A stretch of DNA of 32,000 nucleotides. It comes from Kineococcus radiotolerans SRS30216 = ATCC BAA-149. GTDB taxonomy: Bacteria > Actinomycetota > Actinomycetes > Actinomycetales > Kineococcaceae. The notes under the pieces are model-generated. The model was not told where the DNA came from and ran no database searches. It saw only the letters and a program-made list of their open reading frames with translations. Numbering within the stretch: the first letter of the stretch is position 1; each line of letters starts with the position of its first letter. Shown in pieces: positions 16,711 to 24,481 of the stretch. The stretch is taken from assembly GCF_000017305.1 (NCBI RefSeq), contig NC_009664.2:4290001-4322000 (forward strand), written 5' to 3'. The translations under genes and the position numbers were made by a program.

Positions 16711-17190
16711 GCGTGTTCCTTCCTGTTTTCTTAAAGTCCTTCACGTTCGTGCATGTTCTGGTCTACTGTACTGCCGTACCGACGACTCGGGGGAAGCGGC
16801 ACTCCCGGTAAACCTCGGGTCGTCCTCGCCGGTGCCTGCCGGTCCGGTGCCGGTGACGGTCCGGCCTCGGTGAGGCGGTCGTCCCGGGACGTCTGCGAGC
16901 GGGACCGCCGCTCGGGGAGGGGAACGTCCCGCGCGGCCACCTCGCCGGCCAGGCGCGCCCGGTCCGCGCCCGGCCCCGGTTCGGCCCGGGGTCGGTGGGC
17001 TCCGCCGTCGGTCCCGAGGTGGGTGCGGCGGTGGTGGTGCCCTCCGGGTTCCCCGAGTTCCGGTGGAGGAGCAGGTCGCCCGGTGTCTGAGGAGGCTCGG
17101 TGAAAACTCCGCGTGCGCAACGCGGACCGTCCGTAGGTTGTGCCGGTCCGGGATCACCCGGGCGTGGCACTCGGTCGATCAGGGGGGAAC

Positions 17191-18132
17191 GTGAAGGGGA
17201 TTCGACGGTGGCGGTCCAGGTGGGCCGTGGCGGGTTCGGCGGTGGCGGCGCTGACCGCGGGGGTGACGGTGGTGGGGACCGCGGTCCGCGCCGGCGCGCA
17301 GGACTGCCTCACGGGGTCGGTGGCTTCACGGTACGCGCAGGTGGGGGGCGAGCAAGGACCGCTCGGCTCGGTGACCGCGTGCGAGAAGCGCACGGCCGGG
17401 GGGACGGGGTCGTTCGCGACCTTCCGCGCCGGAGCCATCTACCAGAGCCCGGGGACGGGGGCGTGGGACGTGTCCGGTTCCTTCCTCGGCCTGTGGCGGT
17501 CGAAGGGTTCGGAGACGGGTTTCCTGGGGTACCCGCGCTCGGGGGAGGTGTGGACGAACGGGGGTGTCGTCCAGCAGGACTACCAGGGCGGTGACCTGTA
17601 CTGGAGCTACCGGACGGCGGGTTCGGGCCCGCACTCGGTGTCGGGGGCGTTCCGGCGCCTGTACGCCGACCAGGGCGGGGTGTACGGCCGTCTCGGGCTG
17701 CCGCTGACGCAGGAGATCAGCGGGGTGAACCGCGGTGTGCACCAGAACCACGAGCACGGCGTCACCTACTGGACGGCTGCGACGGGGGCCCACAGCGTCA
17801 CCGGTTCCTTCCTGGGGCTCTACCGCGACAACGGGTGGGAGCGGGGGCGGCTGGGTTACCCGCTGACCCAGGAGTTGGCGATCCGCGACGGCGGGGTGCA
17901 CCAGAACTACCAGGGCGGGGTCATGTACTGGACCGCCGGTACGGGCGCCCACGTGCTGACGGGTGCGGTGCTGGGCGCCTACGCCTCGGTGGGGTACGAG
18001 AACGGGCCGCTGGGTTACCCGACCTCGGGGGAGTACCCGGTCGCCGGCGGCACGCGGACCGACTTCCAGCACGGCCGCATCGGCTGGACCCGCGAGGAGG
18101 GCACGTTCGTCGTGCTGCCGCCGCCGGCGTGA
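17191..18132 (+). CDS. Secreted LGFP-repeat protein
   Basis: Frame of ORF 17140..18132. GGGGGGAA precedes GTG 17191. Signal peptide: VKGIRRWRSRWAVAGSAVAALTAGVTVVGTAVRAGA. There are five LGFP-type repeats: GPLGSVT, GFLGYPRSGE, GRLGLPLTQE, GRLGYPLTQE, GPLGYPTSGE. Confidence 0.88.
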   Translation: MKGIRRWRSRWAVAGSAVAALTAGVTVVGTAVRAGAQDCLTGSVASRYAQVGGEQGPLGSVTACEKRTAGGTGSFATFRAGAIYQSPGTGAWDVSGSFLGLWRSKGSETGFLGYPRSGEVWTNGGVVQQDYQGGDLYWSYRTAGSGPHSVSGAFRRLYADQGGVYGRLGLPLTQEISGVNRGVHQNHEHGVTYWTAATGAHSVTGSFLGLYRDNGWERGRLGYPLTQELAIRDGGVHQNYQGGVMYWTAGTGAHVLTGAVLGAYASVGYENGPLGYPTSGEYPVAGGTRTDFQHGRIGWTREEGTFVVLPPPA

Positions 18133-18159
18133 ACCGCCGGCGTGAACCGCCGGCGTGAA
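18121..18159. repeat. 13-bp tandem repeat x3 (ccgccggcgtgaa) spanning the LGFP stop codon
   Basis: Read directly. TGA occurs at 18130, 18143 and 18156, which are three different reading frames. Confidence 0.9.
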
Positions 18160-18312
18160 CCGGTGGCCTGGACCGGTGGACCTGTCGGCCGCCACGGCGA
18201 CGACGGTGGCCCGTCCGGTCACCCCGTCGTTGCCGTGGCGGCGACCTCCGGTGCCTCGCCGGCCACTCCGGCGTGGCACCGGCCCCTGGACGAGGAGAGG
18301 AAGGGTTCGATC

Positions 18313-19317
18313 GTGCGTGCGTGGTTGACCAGCGGTGACGGCATCGACGCCTTGCGGGAGGAGGACGTGCCCGCGCCCTCGCCGGGCCCGACCGAGGTCC
18401 TGGCCCGGGTGCAGGCGGTGGCGTTGAACTACCGCGACCTGCTCGTGGTCCGCGGTGAGGGCAGCTGGGCCCCGCCGCGTCCCGTGGTGCCGGTGTCCGA
18501 CGCCGCAGCGGTGGTGGAGGCGGTCGGTGGCCAGGTGACGCGGTTCCGCGTCGGCGACGTGGTGCTGCCGACCTTCCTGCCGAAGTGGCGCACCGGTGAG
18601 CTCACGGCCGCCACGTACGTGCTGCCCACGGGTGGGCCGGTGAACCGCGGGATGCTCGCCGAACTGGTCGTCCTGGACGAGCAGGAGGCGGTGCTGGCCC
18701 CGCGCACGCTGGACGCGGTGCACGCCTGCACGCTGCCGGTCGCGGGCGTCACCGCCTGGCACGCCCTCCGCAGGACGCGGATCACCGCGGGGGAGACGGT
18801 GCTCGTCCACGGGACCGGTGGGGTGGCGCTGATGGCGCTGCAGATCGCCCGGGCCGCCGGCGCCGAGGTCGTCATCACCTCCGGCAGCGGAGCCAAGCGC
18901 GCCCTGGCCCGGCGGTCGGGCGCCACCCACACCCTGGACCACCGCACCCAGGACGTCGCCGCGCAGGTGCGCCACCTCACGGGTGGCGCCGGAGCCGACG
19001 TCGTCGTCGAGACCGTCGGCGGCTCCCACCTGGACGTCTCGCTGGACGCGGTGCGCATCGGGGGCCGCATCGCGTTCGTCGGCCTGCTGGCCGGCGTCGA
19101 GGCCGAGGTCAGCACCTACCAGCTCGTCACGAGCAACGCCACCGTCCACGGCATCGAGACCGGCTCGCGGGCGATGCTGGAGGAACTCGTCGAGTTCGTC
19201 GACGAGCACCGGATCGTGCCCGTGGTCGACTCCGTGCACCGCTGGGAGGACGTCCGCTCGGCCCTGCGGCACCTGGGATCGGGCGCCCACGCGGGGAAGG
19301 TGGTGGTCGTGGCGTGA
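18313..19317 (+). CDS. Quinone-oxidoreductase-like MDR (zinc-free alcohol dehydrogenase superfamily) protein
   Basis: Frame of ORF 18142..19317. GAGGAGAGGAAGGG lies upstream of GTG 18313, giving VRAWLTSGDGIDALREEDVPAPSPGPTEVLARVQAVALNYRDLLVVRG... Motifs: VLVHGTGGVALMALQIARAAGAEV, and ...GSGAHAGKVVV at the C-terminus. Confidence 0.88.
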   Translation: MRAWLTSGDGIDALREEDVPAPSPGPTEVLARVQAVALNYRDLLVVRGEGSWAPPRPVVPVSDAAAVVEAVGGQVTRFRVGDVVLPTFLPKWRTGELTAATYVLPTGGPVNRGMLAELVVLDEQEAVLAPRTLDAVHACTLPVAGVTAWHALRRTRITAGETVLVHGTGGVALMALQIARAAGAEVVITSGSGAKRALARRSGATHTLDHRTQDVAAQVRHLTGGAGADVVVETVGGSHLDVSLDAVRIGGRIAFVGLLAGVEAEVSTYQLVTSNATVHGIETGSRAMLEELVEFVDEHRIVPVVDSVHRWEDVRSALRHLGSGAHAGKVVVVA

Positions 19318-19495
19318 ACGTCACCCACCGGTGGCTGCGGCCCACCCTCCCCGCCCCCGACGCCGGCCAGGAGCACCGGCACGGGACCTGCGCCACCTCG
19401 CCGGTGCCGCACCCGGCGATCCAGCAGCACGACGACCGGGGCGGCGGCACCGTGCTGGAGGGCACGACCGATCACCCGACGACGAGGAGCCGACC

Positions 19496-20107
19496 GTGCT
19501 CGTGATGCAGTACGAGATCACCCTGCCCGCCGACTACGACATGCGCGTCGTCCGCGACCGCGTCGCCAGGACCGGGCACCTGCTCGACCGGTACCCGGGG
19601 CTGGGCGTCAAGGCGTTCCTGGTGCGCGAGCGCGGGATCGACGGGTCGAGCGTGAACCAGTACGCCCCGTTCTACCTGTGGGCCGACGCGGCGGGCGCGG
19701 CGTCCTTCCTGTGGTCCGGTACCGGGTTCAGCGCCGTCATGCGCGACTTCGGCCGACCCGTCGTGCAGACGTGGGTCGGCGGAACCGCGCACCAGGCGGC
19801 GCGCTGGCCGGCCGTGCCCAGCCACGCCGTGCGCCACCGCAGCCCCCTGCCCACCGACGCCGACCTCGCGGGGATCGCGCGCGAGACCGACACCCGGCTG
19901 GCCGGGGCGGTCGAGGCGGGCGAGGCGTTGCTGGCGGCCTACGGGATCGACCCGCGCACGTGGGAGCTGGTCACCTTCACCCTGCACCGGCAGCGCCCGG
20001 CGCTGGTCCCCGAGGGGGCGGAGGTCTTCCAGGTCCTGCACGTCTCCACGCCCGAACGCGAGCAGCTGCCCACCCACGTCGCACGGCGTCTGGAACCGGC
20101 CCCGTGA
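19496..20107 (+). CDS. DUF4865-family protein
   Basis: Frame of ORF 18983..20107. GAGGAG lies 6 nt before GTG 19496; ATG 19505 is an alternative start. MQYEITLPADYDMRVVRDRVARTGHLLDRYPGLGVKAFLVRERGIDGSSVNQYAPFYLW matches my memory of DUF4865. Confidence 0.75.
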   Translation: MLVMQYEITLPADYDMRVVRDRVARTGHLLDRYPGLGVKAFLVRERGIDGSSVNQYAPFYLWADAAGAASFLWSGTGFSAVMRDFGRPVVQTWVGGTAHQAARWPAVPSHAVRHRSPLPTDADLAGIARETDTRLAGAVEAGEALLAAYGIDPRTWELVTFTLHRQRPALVPEGAEVFQVLHVSTPEREQLPTHVARRLEPAP

Positions 20108-21375
20108 GGGACCCTGCGACCGGCCGCCGCGACCTGACCGTCGCCACGGCGTGCATCGTCACCGGCCTGTGGGCCAGCAGCGCCCCGGCGGTGCTGTACC
20201 CCTCGTTCCAGGCCGAGCTCGGCCTCGGCTTCGTCGGCACCACCGCCCTCTTCGCCCTCCACCCCGTGGTCCTGGTGGCCGGGCTGCTCCTGGCCGGCGG
20301 GATCTCCGACCGGTTCGGGCGCTCCCGCACGCTCGCGGCGGGACTCGCCCTGGTCGCCCTCGGCGCCGTGGTCAGCACGCTGCCGGCGGGCACCCCCGCG
20401 CTGTTCGCCTCACGAGCGCTGGAGGGGTTCGGCGTCAGCCTCGTCCTGCCCGCCGCCAACGCGCAGCTGGGCGACGTGCTCGGCGTGCGAGCGCAGGGCG
20501 CGCGCCTGGCCGGCACCGTCAACGCCTGCGCCGCAGCGGCGGGGACCGTCGCCGCCTTCCTGGTCGGCGCCGCCTTCGTCGATGCCTGCGCGGCGGGCCT
20601 GGCGCAGTGGCCGATCGCGCTCGGCGCGGCCACCCTCCTCCTGGCCTGCCTGCGGGCGGACGACCGGGGACGCGGGTCGGCCCCCGGCACCCCGACCGCC
20701 CTGCCCGCCCTGCCCGCCCTGCCCGCCCTGCCCGCCCTGCCGGCGGCGCAGGTTCGCACGCCCTTCTGGGTCGGTGCCGGGGTCGGGGCGGTCGGCTACG
20801 CGGTGGCGGCGGTGTTCCTGTCCCTCGGAGCGCACCTCGGCTCAGACCTCACCGGTGGCGGCGCCCTCACCTCTGCCGCCTGCCTGGCGACGTTCCCCCT
20901 GGCCAGCGCGCTGGTCCCCTGGTTCACCGTGACGCTGCCCGAGCGCGCGTCCATCGTGCTCGGCGGTCTGGCCGGCGCCGCGGGAACGTCGGCCCTGCTG
21001 CTCGTCGACCGGGGCGGGCAGGTCGCCCTCACGCTCGCGGCCCTCACCGCCGGCGCCGGTTTCGGGCTGCTCACGCGGGCAGGTGCGGCGCTCGTCCACG
21101 CCACCGTCCCCACCGGGCGGCGGGCCGGCGGACTGGCCACCTCGTCCATCACCTCCTACTCCACGCAGGCCGCCACCGCCCTCGTCGCGGGCCGGGCGGC
21201 CCAGGACCTCGGGCTGCCCGGGGCCTTCGCCGTCCTCACCCCGGCCGTCGCGCTGCTCGCGATCGGTGCGGCGTCCACGCCCCGGCTGCTGCGTGTCCCC
21301 GGAGCGGGGCAGCCGACCCCGGCGGCGACACCGCGCGGCGCCGGAAACCGGCCGCGGGAGGCGACCCGTGCGTGA
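20104..21375 (+). CDS. MFS-type transporter
   Basis: Frame of ORF 19678..21375. GTG 20104 overlaps the DUF4865 stop as GTGA. It has repeated hydrophobic helices, an ISDRFGRSRT loop motif and a central loop carrying (ALP)5. Confidence 0.78.
   Translation: MRDPATGRRDLTVATACIVTGLWASSAPAVLYPSFQAELGLGFVGTTALFALHPVVLVAGLLLAGGISDRFGRSRTLAAGLALVALGAVVSTLPAGTPALFASRALEGFGVSLVLPAANAQLGDVLGVRAQGARLAGTVNACAAAAGTVAAFLVGAAFVDACAAGLAQWPIALGAATLLLACLRADDRGRGSAPGTPTALPALPALPALPALPAAQVRTPFWVGAGVGAVGYAVAAVFLSLGAHLGSDLTGGGALTSAACLATFPLASALVPWFTVTLPERASIVLGGLAGAAGTSALLLVDRGGQVALTLAALTAGAGFGLLTRAGAALVHATVPTGRRAGGLATSSITSYSTQAATALVAGRAAQDLGLPGAFAVLTPAVALLAIGAASTPRLLRVPGAGQPTPAATPRGAGNRPREATRA
20698..20742 (+). repeat. 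9-bp in-frame tandem repeat x5 (gccctgccc) encoding ALPALPALPALPALP
   Basis: Read directly. It lies in the predicted central loop of the MFS protein. Confidence 0.9.
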
Positions 21376-21405
21376 GGACCTCCGCCCCCGGGCAGCGTCG
21401 GTCCC

Positions 21406-21424
21406 GGCCGCAGGTCCTGCGGCC
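21406..21424 (+). terminator. Hairpin GGCCGCA-ggtcc-TGCGGCC after the MFS stop
   Basis: A 7-bp perfect stem 31 nt after stop 21375. There is no U tract. Confidence 0.35.
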
Positions 21425-21490
21425 GCGCGATCCGCACCCGCCACCCACCCGTCGCAGCGAACCGCCGCAGCCCTCGAGGAGGACGACCGG

Positions 21491-22498
21491 ATGACCGCCC
21501 CGACCCTGTCCGGCGAACCGCGTCCGGGGATCGAGGTCCCGGACGCACGCGGCCGGACCCACCTCGACCGGGCCGGTCGCGACCTGGACCGCAACCCCCG
21601 CGTCGTCGTCCGGGACGTGCGGCTGCTGACCTCGAACTGGTACGTCACCCGGGTGACCACCTTCGACTTCCAGCACGCCGACGGGCGCTGGAGCCGGCAG
21701 GAGCGCGAGACGTACGATCGCGGCGACGGCGCGTGCGTCCTGCTCTTCAACACCGCGGCGCGGACCGTCCTGCTGACCGAGCAGTTCCGCTACCCCGCCT
21801 ACGTCAACGAGCACCCCGACGGCATGCTGCTCGAGGTCCCGGCCGGGTTGCTCGACGACGAGGACCCTGAGGTCGCCATCCGCCGGGAGAGCCAGGAGGA
21901 GACCGGGTACGTCGTCGGCGAGGTCCACCACCTCTTCGACCTCTACACCAGCCCCGGGTCGGTCACCGAGCGCCTGCACTTCTTCGCCGCCCCCTACGAG
22001 CACGGCAGCGTGCACCACGGCACCCGGGCGGGAGTGCACGCCGAGGGTGAGGACATCCGGGTCGTCGAACTCGACGTCGACCACGCGCTCGGCGAGATCG
22101 GCCACGGCATCGTCGACGCCAAGACCGTCCTGCTCCTGCAGTGGGCCGCCCTCGAAGGGCCCTTCTCGTCCGCGAGCTGGAGCCCGGCCGAGTCACCGGC
22201 GCGGAGGTGGCCCGGCGCCCGGCCGCGCCCACGACTCACCGTCCCACCCGTTCGACGACCCGTGCGTCCGGCCGACGTCTCGCCCGAGCGCTCCCCGAAC
22301 CACCCGACACCTGGAGGAAGCATGCCGCACGTCGAGGAAGCCCTGCTCGCAGAACGGATGGCTCAGGCACAGCGTGAGGCCGCCCGGGCGCGGGCGGTGC
22401 GCGCGGTGCGTCTGCGGCGGCGGGCCGACGTCGCCGCTCGCCGCACCGAGGTCCTCGCCGTGCAGGCCGAGCGCGCCGAGGCCGCGGCAGACCGGTGA
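21491..22498 (+). CDS. nudK: Nudix hydrolase, NudK (GDP-mannose pyrophosphatase)-like, with an anomalous ~110-aa C-terminal extension
   Basis: Frame of ORF 21083..22498. GAGGAGG lies upstream of ATG 21491. The core RETYDRGDGACVLLFN...EVPAGLLDDEDPEVAIRRESQEETGYVVGEVHHLFDLYTSPGSVTERLHFF...DAKTVLLLQWAAL parallels E. coli NudK as I recall it, including the Nudix box. The true 3' end is uncertain (see finding). Confidence 0.8.
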   Translation: MTAPTLSGEPRPGIEVPDARGRTHLDRAGRDLDRNPRVVVRDVRLLTSNWYVTRVTTFDFQHADGRWSRQERETYDRGDGACVLLFNTAARTVLLTEQFRYPAYVNEHPDGMLLEVPAGLLDDEDPEVAIRRESQEETGYVVGEVHHLFDLYTSPGSVTERLHFFAAPYEHGSVHHGTRAGVHAEGEDIRVVELDVDHALGEIGHGIVDAKTVLLLQWAALEGPFSSASWSPAESPARRWPGARPRPRLTVPPVRRPVRPADVSPERSPNHPTPGGSMPHVEEALLAERMAQAQREAARARAVRAVRLRRRADVAARRTEVLAVQAERAEAAADR

Positions 22499-22824
22499 GC
22501 GACGGGTACGGCCCGGGGGAGGGAACGAGGTCCCCCCCGCGGGACGTGCCCAGGGCACGGCGATCGGAGAGGAGCCCGCTGAGAACGGCGCAGCCGGTTC
22601 CACCGGTCGGCGTCCGATCGACGGTGCCGACACCGCTCACTGCGCGCCGCACCTGCTCCGGGAGGCGCGCACGACGAGGGAACCGGGGAACGCGGACGCC
22701 TCCCCGGCGTGGGCGACCACCGACCACCTGGTCGGGCGTCCGCTCCTCGCGCAGTGGGCGAACCCGCCGCCGGAGAACCCGTGAACGCGATCCCGTGACG
22801 GACGCACCCGCCGCGCGATCGGAG

Positions 22825-22848
22825 GGTGCTCCCGTCCGAGGGAGCACC
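22825..22848. other. Perfect 9-bp-stem hairpin GGTGCTCCC-gtccga-GGGAGCACC in a non-coding gap
   Basis: Read directly. Its function is unknown; it could be a terminator or an RNA element. Confidence 0.4.
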
Positions 22849-22890
22849 GGGAATCCCGCCTCGCCGGGGTACCGGAAGCACGTCCGCGCC

Positions 22891-22928
22891 GCCACCGGAA
22901 CCGGGGTTCAGACCCGGTTGCCGGTGGC
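22891..22928 (-). terminator. Strong 15-bp (one bulge) hairpin 28 nt downstream of the carbonic anhydrase stop
   Basis: GCCACCGGAACCGGG (22891-22905) pairs with CCCGGTT(G)CCGGTGGC (22913-22928) across a 7-nt loop. There is no U tract, as is common in high-GC actinobacteria. Confidence 0.5.
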
Positions 22929-22934
22929 GGCGCG

Positions 22935-22960
22935 TTCGAGGTTCAGATTCGAGGTTCAGA
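22935..22960. repeat. 13-bp tandem duplication (ttcgaggttcaga x2) overlapping the carbonic anhydrase stop codon
   Basis: Read directly. The stop (complement of tca 22956-22958) lies in the second copy. Confidence 0.85.
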
Positions 22961-23774
22961 GAAAGGTGACGACGTCCTCGTCCAGGTCGTAGGTGGCACC
23001 GGCGATGCGCAGGTGCCCGGCTGCCACGGCCTCCGCGAGCAGCGGGTCGGTCACCAGGGTCTCGACCTCGTCAGTCACGTTGCTGCGCACCGCTTCCGCT
23101 AGGAGGTGGTCCTCGTCGGATCCGGCTCGCGCTCTCTCCACCGCGGGGCGGATGGCCTCCACCAGGGAATCGATCGCGGTGCCCGTCGCGGCAGCCCCCG
23201 TCTGGACCGCCTCCAGGGTCGCACTCACGGCCCCGCACTTCTCGTGCCCCAGGACGAGGATCAACGGCACGTGCAGGTGCTCGACGCCGTACTGGATGCT
23301 GCCCAGCACCGGAGGGGCGAGGACCTGGCCGGCGGTCCGCACCACGAAGAGGTCGCCCAGGCCCTGGTCGAAGACCAGTTCCGGCGGAACGCGGGAATCC
23401 GCGCAGGCGAGGACGATCGCGAAGGGGTGCTGACCCGAGGCCACGTGCAGACGACGCTCGATGGTGTGGGCGGTGTGCTGTTCGCGGGCTGCGACGAACC
23501 GGGCGTTGCCCTGCCGCAGCAGGTCCAGGGCCTGGTCGGGATCGGTGATCTCCTCCGGGCGTTCCGGCGCCGCGCCCGCCACCACTTCCCCCTCGCCGCT
23601 CCCGCAGGCGGCCAGCAGCGTTCCTCCGCCCAGCAGTGCGCCCCAGCGCAGCAGGCCACGCCTCGAGGTGCTCGCACCCGTGTCGGACGCGGAGCTCCTG
23701 CTCACGGTGTCGGTAGTGTTCGCGGCGGTGGCGACGCTGGTGCGCGCAGGCAGCGTGGATCCCTGACGTGTCAT
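22956..23774 (-). CDS. Beta-class carbonic anhydrase with Tat-type lipoprotein signal
   Basis: 272-aa ORF. GGGGGGA precedes the ATG. The signal SRRGLLRWGALLGGGTLLAAC has an RR motif plus an LAAC lipobox. Beta-CA zinc motifs: ACADSR and GHEKCGA. Confidence 0.9.
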   Translation of the reverse strand: MTRQGSTLPARTSVATAANTTDTVSRSSASDTGASTSRRGLLRWGALLGGGTLLAACGSGEGEVVAGAAPERPEEITDPDQALDLLRQGNARFVAAREQHTAHTIERRLHVASGQHPFAIVLACADSRVPPELVFDQGLGDLFVVRTAGQVLAPPVLGSIQYGVEHLHVPLILVLGHEKCGAVSATLEAVQTGAAATGTAIDSLVEAIRPAVERARAGSDEDHLLAEAVRSNVTDEVETLVTDPLLAEAVAAGHLRIAGATYDLDEDVVTFL

Positions 23775-24481
23775 CGGATGTCCCCCCGGACGGTTCGGCG
23801 CGATCGAGGTCGCGCGGTGCGCGCGATCCCCCCGGAACGCGCGACCGGCACGCTACCTCAGCGCACGAGATCCCCGCACCGGTTTTCCGCCGACGCCGGG
23901 CCGGGCTCCGGGCAGGCCCGGACAACGACCGTTCGGGGAGGCGGGGATCCTCCTGGCTGTCGTTCCGTCGTGGGAACTCCGTTCGTCGGACGCGGAACGG
24001 ATCGACGGGCACGGTCCGGGCCGACGGTGGAGAGCAGGGGGTCGTGGAGGTGGGATGCTGATGCCGATCCGATGGTCGATCCCGACGCCGCTCGGTGGTC
24101 AGGAGACCACCGGTGTCGTCTCCGGTCGGTGGTCCTGACGCAACCCGGGCGTCCACGAGGCGTTCCCCCGGGGCCCGGTCGCGATTCTCGGTCGAGTTCA
24201 GGCCTCGGTGTGCCGCGCTCGGTTCCGGACCCTCATCGGTGATCGTGGGGCGGTCGTCGTGCGGTGACCACCTCGCCTGGGCACCGGTGACGTCACCGAC
24301 GTGCGGCCTGCGGGACGACCGTGAGGTGGGAGGGAGTCCCGCCCTCTCGCGATCCCTGCCCACGACGACGCCCAGGGTCGTCACCGGCTCGCAGGCACCA
24401 CCCGCCCCGTCCTCCTCCCCAGGAGCGTCTGAGGTGGGCACTAGCGTCTGAACCGACCTGTTCGCGACCGGAGGCCCCACG

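Noticed and set aside
15626-16744. 372-aa minus-strand ORF overlapping the DeoR gene, and its tail 15626-15957
   Set aside because: It lies in a different frame from the clearly recognisable DeoR protein (15958..16710), and its composition is dominated by Arg/Pro. The tail downstream of DeoR (…LRRRRLRGHLAASEQSDADVERDGERREALRRERV…) has mixed GC3 and no motif, so I did not call a gene.
17326-19290. 654-aa minus-strand ORF
   Set aside because: It runs antisense across both the LGFP-repeat gene and the quinone-oxidoreductase-like gene. Its composition (R, G, P, V, H) is shadow-like, and it has no family motifs.
7873-22960. Possible CRISPR array among the various tandem repeats (7873, 8311, 14308, 18121, 20698, 22935)
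   Set aside because: All are short (6-21 bp) head-to-tail repeats without unique spacers. There are no cas genes in the window.
22495-22992. 165-aa plus-strand ORF in the NudK/carbonic-anhydrase interval
   Set aside because: The product is Arg/Pro/Thr/Ser-rich with no motifs. It overlaps terminator-like hairpins and runs into the antisense of the carbonic anhydrase 3' end.
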